NCBI GenBank assembly: GCA_049303835.1
Contig: JBAQNN010000004.1
Span: 2,784-66,783, forward strand
From: Minisyncoccia bacterium
Lineage (GTDB): Bacteria > Patescibacteriota > Minisyncoccia > Phycocordibacterales > UBA9973
Length of the DNA: 64,000 nt
Direction: 5' to 3'
A program made the position numbers and the translations under genes. How positions within the stretch are numbered: position 1 is the stretch's first letter; each line of letters starts with the position of its first letter. Shown piece after piece: positions 58,482 through 64,000 of this stretch. The notes beneath the pieces are model-generated. The model searched no databases and had not been told where the DNA came from. It was given only the letters and a program-made list of their open reading frames with translations.

Positions 58482-61400
58482 ATGAGAATTTCATTTTTAC
58501 AAATAAAAAATACTTCTCTCTCTAGAAAAATATTTGTTTCTATTTTTGTTTTTCTCTCTGCTCTTTCCCCTCTCTTTGTCCTGGAAGCTGCCATCAACAA
58601 ACAAATAAATTATCAGGGCAAACTAACCACCAGTGCCGGTGTCGCTGTGGCAAACGGAACTTATGTCATGGAATTCAAACTTTACACCGTGCCTACTTTA
58701 GGCACGGCGATCTGGACGGAAACGAGAACGGGGGCAAACGAAGTACAAGTGACAAATGGACTCTTCAGTGTGATGTTAGGAGAAGTCACCGCCCTTACTG
58801 GAGTAGATTTTAATCAAACACTTTACTTGGGAGTAAAGATAGAGAGTGATGCGGAAATGACCCCCAGAAAAAAATTAGGCACTGTTCCTTCTGCTGTCGT
58901 CGCTGAAGGTGCTTTAAATATTATCGGTGGTGGAGCTGGCACTATCCCCTATCAATCTGCCGCCAATACTACGGCCTTCTCGGCCGTGGGTATAGCAGGA
59001 CAAGCCTTAATTTCTGGAAACACAGGCTCTCCTACTTGGTTTGCTCCTACTTTAGGCTCGGTACTCTTTGCTGGTGCCAATGGAATCCTATCCCAAGACA
59101 ATGCAAACTTTTTCTGGGACGACACGACCAACAGACTCGGCATCGGCACGACGAGTCCGACAGAAAAACTGACAGTAGCTGGCGGTAATATTGTTCTAAG
59201 GGAAAATGATGATGGTTTTGATGCTTTACGCTTAGACGCTGGTGCTGCTTCTGCAGCTATTCGAGGATACAGTAACGGTGTTCAAACCATAGAAATTCAC
59301 ACCAATACAGGTAGTACTTCATATTTTAACGCAGGCAACGTAGGCATCGGGACGACGACACCGACAGTAGGAAAACTACAACTAAACCAAACTACCGACT
59401 CTAGCTCTGGGGGTATTACAGTTACAGATTCTTCTGTGACAAACTCGCTTCGTTTTTGGGCAAATGCCACCCAAGGAAGAATAGATGTAGCTTCCAGCGG
59501 AGTCGGTCCACTTATTTTAAACTCTGGTGGTGGCAAAGTCGGTATCGGTAACACTTCCCCTCTTGAACTCCTCACTCTCGGAACTGCAGGCACGACAGCA
59601 GGAACACTTTCACTAGCAGGAGCAACTTCTGGTAAAGCAACCATTGTAGTAAATGCAGTAGCGGGAACTCCTACTCTAACCTTGCCTACGACTACCGGAA
59701 CTTTAGCATTGGTGTCAGATTTAACCACAGGCTATGTCCCCTATACCGGAGCTACTACAGATGTAGATTTAGGAATCTATCAACTAAGCACTGGAAATTT
59801 GATAGCGGGTTCAGCAGAAATTTCAGGGCTTACTTCTGGTAGGATACCATACGCTTCAACTGGAGGACTTCTCGTAGACTCTACTGGTCTGATATATAAT
59901 GGCACAACTTTTGGCACAGGAGTAATTTCTGTTACCGATAACAGGTTGACTACTGTTGATACTCTAGCAGATTCCTCTGGAACACTTTTGAGTACTACAT
60001 ACAATACTCTCTCCACAGTGAGCGGAGCATATTTGGATTTTGTTTATGATACTACTGCCAACAAAAAAGTCTCTGCTGGGGTAACCGATACAGGTAGATT
60101 GGTTGGGCAGAGATTTAATGTTTTAAGAAACTATACAACCACCGCAGATAATGGAACACTCTCTCTCTTGCAAGGTATGGTGTTCGGTTATGGACATTTC
60201 AATTCTGATTTGACCGCAACCCCAACTACTACGACTGTTACAGGATTGGCTCTAGCTGGAAATAATATTACAGGAGCAATCGGGACTCTTACAGATTTAG
60301 ACATATCTTATTCGGGTGGTGGAACTGTAACTACTCATACAGGAGTAAACATCGGAGCATTAACAGGCACAACGGTGCGTGGTATGCGTTCACTTGTTGC
60401 ATCTGCAACTAACGCTTGGAACTTATACATTGATGGAACTGCTCAGAATTATTTTGCTGGGAATGTAGGTATTGGGACGACGACGCCAGCTGCAAAATTG
60501 CAAGTGACTGATACTTATAACATGTTTATCGCTGGGTCTGGTTTAGGCACAGGAGCAAATTTCTATTCAGATAATAGTGTGTATTACGGAACAACCGGAA
60601 ACAACAGTGCCAACTTCTTTACTAACAACCTACCAAGAATGAAAATCACAAACGATGGTCTAGTCGGAATTGGGACAACGAGCCCAGGGTATATGTTAGA
60701 TGTAAGTAATGCCGGTTCTCTTGGCCTTACAAATAAAACTGCCGCCTTAACAAATTCTCAAAGTTTGCCTGGTTCTTTAAATTTTAGTGGCTATGGATGG
60801 AGAACTGCTGTAGGTAGTGTGCCAATTGATGGACAACTTTTATTCAGCGGAGCTTATAATGGTGGAACAGGCACAGTAGAGCCTTATTTATCTTTTCTTT
60901 TGCATGGTTCAGGAGCATCAGATACTACCCTCTCTGAAAAAATGAGAATTACAAATAGTGGCAATGTCGGTATAAATGCAATCGCCCCAGGTGCTCCTTT
61001 GCAAATAGGTACTGGAACATCGGGTGGAACTATACTATACAGAGGTTTAATACTAAGTGGTGGTTGGTCAAGCACACCGCAGAGACAACAAAATCTTATA
61101 ACCTTTAAATCTACAAACGCTGTTAATGCTGACCCATTTAATGATACAACAGGAGAAAGTGCAAAAAACTTTCACATAGGTTTGCTTTCGGATACTGCTT
61201 TTATGAATACTACTCGTAGGTTTAGTATTATAGAACAAGGAGCCGAGAGATTTACTGTCCAAAGTGGCGGCAATGTGGGCATCGGGACCACGGCACCGAC
61301 TCAACTATTAGAAGTCTACGGAACCTCGGGAAGTACAACTTTAACTCTTAGGGACTACAAAGGTTCAGCTGGTGCAACGGCAAACATGCTTTTTGGTTTA

Positions 61401-64000
61401 TCTGATGGAGTCTTCGTATCATCTTCGGCTGCTAAAATTCAAGCAAGGCCAGTCACTGGCAGTACTTCTGCTCTAGCCTTCAGCACATATCATGGAGGGT
61501 TAACAGAAGATATGACAATAAACGCTGGCAACGTCGGAATCGGGACCACGGCACCTATCGGCTTGCTGAATATTTCTTCTTCTACCATCCCAAATCCTAT
61601 ATTTAATATTACTGCTCCTGCCTCCACAAATGGACAAGGAGGAATGGTTAACTTCTCTCATATAGGAACCGAATCTTCTCCTCGTTCTCAAATAAAAAGT
61701 CTACTAGAAAACATCTCAACGAATTATCAAACCTCTCTAACATTTTCCACCACAAAATCAACAAATGTTCTTACTGAGGCAATGCGTATTGATAGCACTG
61801 GCAATGTGGGCATCGGGACGACGGCACCAATCACCAAATTACAGGTCAATTCAACAACAATTGGCCAAGGGATTGTATCCGTATCTTCACCCGCAAGTGC
61901 CTTTGACCAAGTAGTGTCAAAGTATCAATTCTATAATTCATTTTCTCCTTGGGACATTGGTTGGGGAACCCAAACTTTGGCTGAAGTAACGACACAAACA
62001 GGATCCACTAGTCATGCTGTCGGTAATCTAAGTTTTAGTGTCAAAAAAGCTACCACAGATGCTAGTGTTACTGAGATTATGAGAATTACAAATAGTGGTA
62101 ATGTAGGCATCGGGACGACAAATCCAGGAGCGTTATTGGATGTATATGGTAGTGATAATGGCGTAATTAGAATATCTGGGTTAGGAGCATCAAACAGAGA
62201 CACAGTGAGTCAATTAGACTTTTATAATCATTACGCCCTTTCAGTAGTTACTACTGGACAAATAAAGTCCATGCGAGGATTGAATGATCACAAAGCAGGA
62301 CAATTAGGATTTTTCACTTCTGCCGCATCTACTGGAACTTTGACTGAAAGAATGACGATAAATGAAGCTGGGAATGTTGGAATTGGAACTGTTACTCCAG
62401 AAGCAAAACTTGATATGTATGGAGGATATTTATATATAAGTGCTGGGGCGGGTGCAGTAAACAATAGTGTCCAACCATCCGGAATAAAATTAGGAAGCGA
62501 TGTATATGCCAGAGCTGCTGTCATCTCTAACTACCGAGGCGCTTCCTCTGGAGATTCCGGTATAGATTTTCAGACATATGGCTCAGCCGTAGCCGTAAAT
62601 GCCATGAGAATTTTAGGTAATGGTAATGTGGGGATAGGGACGCCAGCGCCGGGAGATAAGTTGGATGTTATCGGAAAAGGGTCTTTTACTATAGCCCAGT
62701 CTGCTGGAATCAACGAGGCTCTGAAGATAGTTGATAGTGCGAACGGTCTCGTAGACAGGGGTGTGAAAATGGGACTATACGTAGCGAGTGGTGTGGGAGC
62801 AAATAGGCTCGGAGCAGAGATAAGTGCTGCCAACGAGGCAAGCCTTACGAGTTCATATCTGACATTCAATACGGAAAATAGTGGCGTTGTCGCAGAGAAA
62901 GTAAGGATAACAGGTGCAGGCAACGTCGGAATAGGGACAACGACGCCCAGTGACCAACTTGAGGTTGCTGGTCTTTCTGGGGCATATGGAAGAGCATTAG
63001 TATCTGATGGAATGGGGGCAGAACGTCGTGGTTTAATTTTAGCAAGTGCGTCGGCGGCAGTAGGTTATGCCAGAATTGATTCATATAAATATGGAACAGG
63101 TGCTGGGTATCTTCCTTTAGTCTTAAACTCTGGTGGTGGTAACGTCGGCATCGGGACGACGACGCCGACAGCGGGGAAACTTCAAGTTGATGGTAATATC
63201 ATATCTTTGTCTGCAACAAATGGTATTGTTACTGCTCGTAGCACGGGAGCAGATGGCAATAACGCATATCTTCAAGTTATCGGCGGAACATCAGGGGCAG
63301 ATTGGTTGATAGGTACAAATAGGTCTGCACTCGCGGGAAGTGCAGAAAATTTATTCTTCTATAAAAACGTCGCTGGAACAGGGACCACGGGGACGAAAAT
63401 GATGATTAGTGCTGATGGCAACGTGGGCATTGGGACGACGACGCCCAATGCAAATCTAGAATTATACCAGACAAGTAATACCGGAGCCGTGCCTCATCTT
63501 GGTCCAGCCTTGCGCTTATCAAATGGTTTTGCTGATAACGGTACTTTTACTTGGAATGTAAACAGTGATTATGCGGGAACTGTTGATTTTTACACAGCAG
63601 ACACATCATCGGGAGGGGCAAATGTTATAAGTTTTATTAGACCATATGTTCAAACGATTAGTGGCGTCGGATGGGATATGGCTTTTGGGACATCAACAAC
63701 TAATGCTACGGCTACTGAAAAATTCAGAATAACAGGTGCAGGCAACGTCGGTATCGGGACGACTACACCAGGATCAACTCTTCCGACAGGGTTTACTGCA
63801 GGGACAGTGTTAGAGATTCTTGATGCGGGCACGAATGAAGATACTGGACTGTTCTTAAGAAGGTCAGCTTCCTTGGGTCTTGATATTTGGCAAGATAGTT
63901 CAGTGGGAACTGCTTATATTGATAATCGTTATGCCAATGCTGCAGGAAATATTTACTTCCGAACACAAACCAATGGCACTCCTGTCAATGCGATGACAAT
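58482..64000 (+). CDS. Giant repeat surface protein (more than 1,839 aa, 3'-truncated by window end) with ~14 GNVGIGTTTP-type repeats
   Basis: Hand translation is open from ATG 58482 to the window end. Absent from the ORF track because no stop lies in the window. Signal peptide present. Repeats recur at ~85-100 aa intervals. Confidence 0.7.
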   Translation, partial: MRISFLQIKNTSLSRKIFVSIFVFLSALSPLFVLEAAINKQINYQGKLTTSAGVAVANGTYVMEFKLYTVPTLGTAIWTETRTGANEVQVTNGLFSVMLGEVTALTGVDFNQTLYLGVKIESDAEMTPRKKLGTVPSAVVAEGALNIIGGGAGTIPYQSAANTTAFSAVGIAGQALISGNTGSPTWFAPTLGSVLFAGANGILSQDNANFFWDDTTNRLGIGTTSPTEKLTVAGGNIVLRENDDGFDALRLDAGAASAAIRGYSNGVQTIEIHTNTGSTSYFNAGNVGIGTTTPTVGKLQLNQTTDSSSGGITVTDSSVTNSLRFWANATQGRIDVASSGVGPLILNSGGGKVGIGNTSPLELLTLGTAGTTAGTLSLAGATSGKATIVVNAVAGTPTLTLPTTTGTLALVSDLTTGYVPYTGATTDVDLGIYQLSTGNLIAGSAEISGLTSGRIPYASTGGLLVDSTGLIYNGTTFGTGVISVTDNRLTTVDTLADSSGTLLSTTYNTLSTVSGAYLDFVYDTTANKKVSAGVTDTGRLVGQRFNVLRNYTTTADNGTLSLLQGMVFGYGHFNSDLTATPTTTTVTGLALAGNNITGAIGTLTDLDISYSGGGTVTTHTGVNIGALTGTTVRGMRSLVASATNAWNLYIDGTAQNYFAGNVGIGTTTPAAKLQVTDTYNMFIAGSGLGTGANFYSDNSVYYGTTGNNSANFFTNNLPRMKITNDGLVGIGTTSPGYMLDVSNAGSLGLTNKTAALTNSQSLPGSLNFSGYGWRTAVGSVPIDGQLLFSGAYNGGTGTVEPYLSFLLHGSGASDTTLSEKMRITNSGNVGINAIAPGAPLQIGTGTSGGTILYRGLILSGGWSSTPQRQQNLITFKSTNAVNADPFNDTTGESAKNFHIGLLSDTAFMNTTRRFSIIEQGAERFTVQSGGNVGIGTTAPTQLLEVYGTSGSTTLTLRDYKGSAGATANMLFGLSDGVFVSSSAAKIQARPVTGSTSALAFSTYHGGLTEDMTINAGNVGIGTTAPIGLLNISSSTIPNPIFNITAPASTNGQGGMVNFSHIGTESSPRSQIKSLLENISTNYQTSLTFSTTKSTNVLTEAMRIDSTGNVGIGTTAPITKLQVNSTTIGQGIVSVSSPASAFDQVVSKYQFYNSFSPWDIGWGTQTLAEVTTQTGSTSHAVGNLSFSVKKATTDASVTEIMRITNSGNVGIGTTNPGALLDVYGSDNGVIRISGLGASNRDTVSQLDFYNHYALSVVTTGQIKSMRGLNDHKAGQLGFFTSAASTGTLTERMTINEAGNVGIGTVTPEAKLDMYGGYLYISAGAGAVNNSVQPSGIKLGSDVYARAAVISNYRGASSGDSGIDFQTYGSAVAVNAMRILGNGNVGIGTPAPGDKLDVIGKGSFTIAQSAGINEALKIVDSANGLVDRGVKMGLYVASGVGANRLGAEISAANEASLTSSYLTFNTENSGVVAEKVRITGAGNVGIGTTTPSDQLEVAGLSGAYGRALVSDGMGAERRGLILASASAAVGYARIDSYKYGTGAGYLPLVLNSGGGNVGIGTTTPTAGKLQVDGNIISLSATNGIVTARSTGADGNNAYLQVIGGTSGADWLIGTNRSALAGSAENLFFYKNVAGTGTTGTKMMISADGNVGIGTTTPNANLELYQTSNTGAVPHLGPALRLSNGFADNGTFTWNVNSDYAGTVDFYTADTSSGGANVISFIRPYVQTISGVGWDMAFGTSTTNATATEKFRITGAGNVGIGTTTPGSTLPTGFTAGTVLEILDAGTNEDTGLFLRRSASLGLDIWQDSSVGTAYIDNRYANAAGNIYFRTQTNGTPVNAMT

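Noticed and set aside
58952-63832. Nine minus-strand ORFs of 60-143 aa
   Set aside because: All lie antisense to the continuous giant + strand ORF, with Pro/Val/Thr-rich composition typical of reverse-frame repeats.
1-64000. CRISPR arrays
   Set aside because: None found. The only tandem repeats are the short 1986-2060 units and the protein-coding repeats of the giant gene.

Overview
This 64-kb window is AT-rich (roughly mid-30s % GC by eye). About 75 features are supportable from the sequence. The gene content suggests a small-genome, Patescibacteria/CPR-like bacterium: short-form MetK, Zwf and RF2; a deoxyhypusine-synthase-like protein; many small membrane, secreted and HTH proteins; and a giant repeat surface protein. 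This lineage call is an inference, not a computed result. Confidently called housekeeping genes are metK, RNase J, secG, pyrG, ftsE, ftsX, a short prfB, dgkA, an ABC exporter, an ECF sigma factor, and a pgl-gnd-zwf oxidative pentose-phosphate operon. Three tRNAs are called: two tRNA-Thr and one tRNA-Gln. A SAM-I riboswitch precedes metK. A cobalamin riboswitch precedes two DUF4430 (transcobalamin-like) surface proteins. Accessory content: (i) a Type II R-M module at 2.0-4.9 kb whose methyltransferase carries an N-terminal LexA-like wHTH; (ii) a sharply delimited GC-rich sORF cassette at about 9.0-9.3 kb; (iii) an island of about 9.6 kb at 38.0-47.7 kb, bounded by tRNA-Gln and carrying a large serine recombinase. 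The island holds a tightly coupled four-gene minus-strand operon: an XRE/C-protein-like regulator, an MmeI-family Type IIL RM enzyme, an SF2 helicase, and a T5orf172 (GIY-YIG-like) protein. I consider this operon the most interesting candidate for a previously undescribed defence system. The island also holds four small uncharacterised genes. A WxL-type-like cell-surface locus at 54.2-57.9 kb is followed by a giant ORF of more than 1,800 aa with periodic GNVGIGTTTP repeats that runs off the window end. No CRISPR array or rRNA was found.
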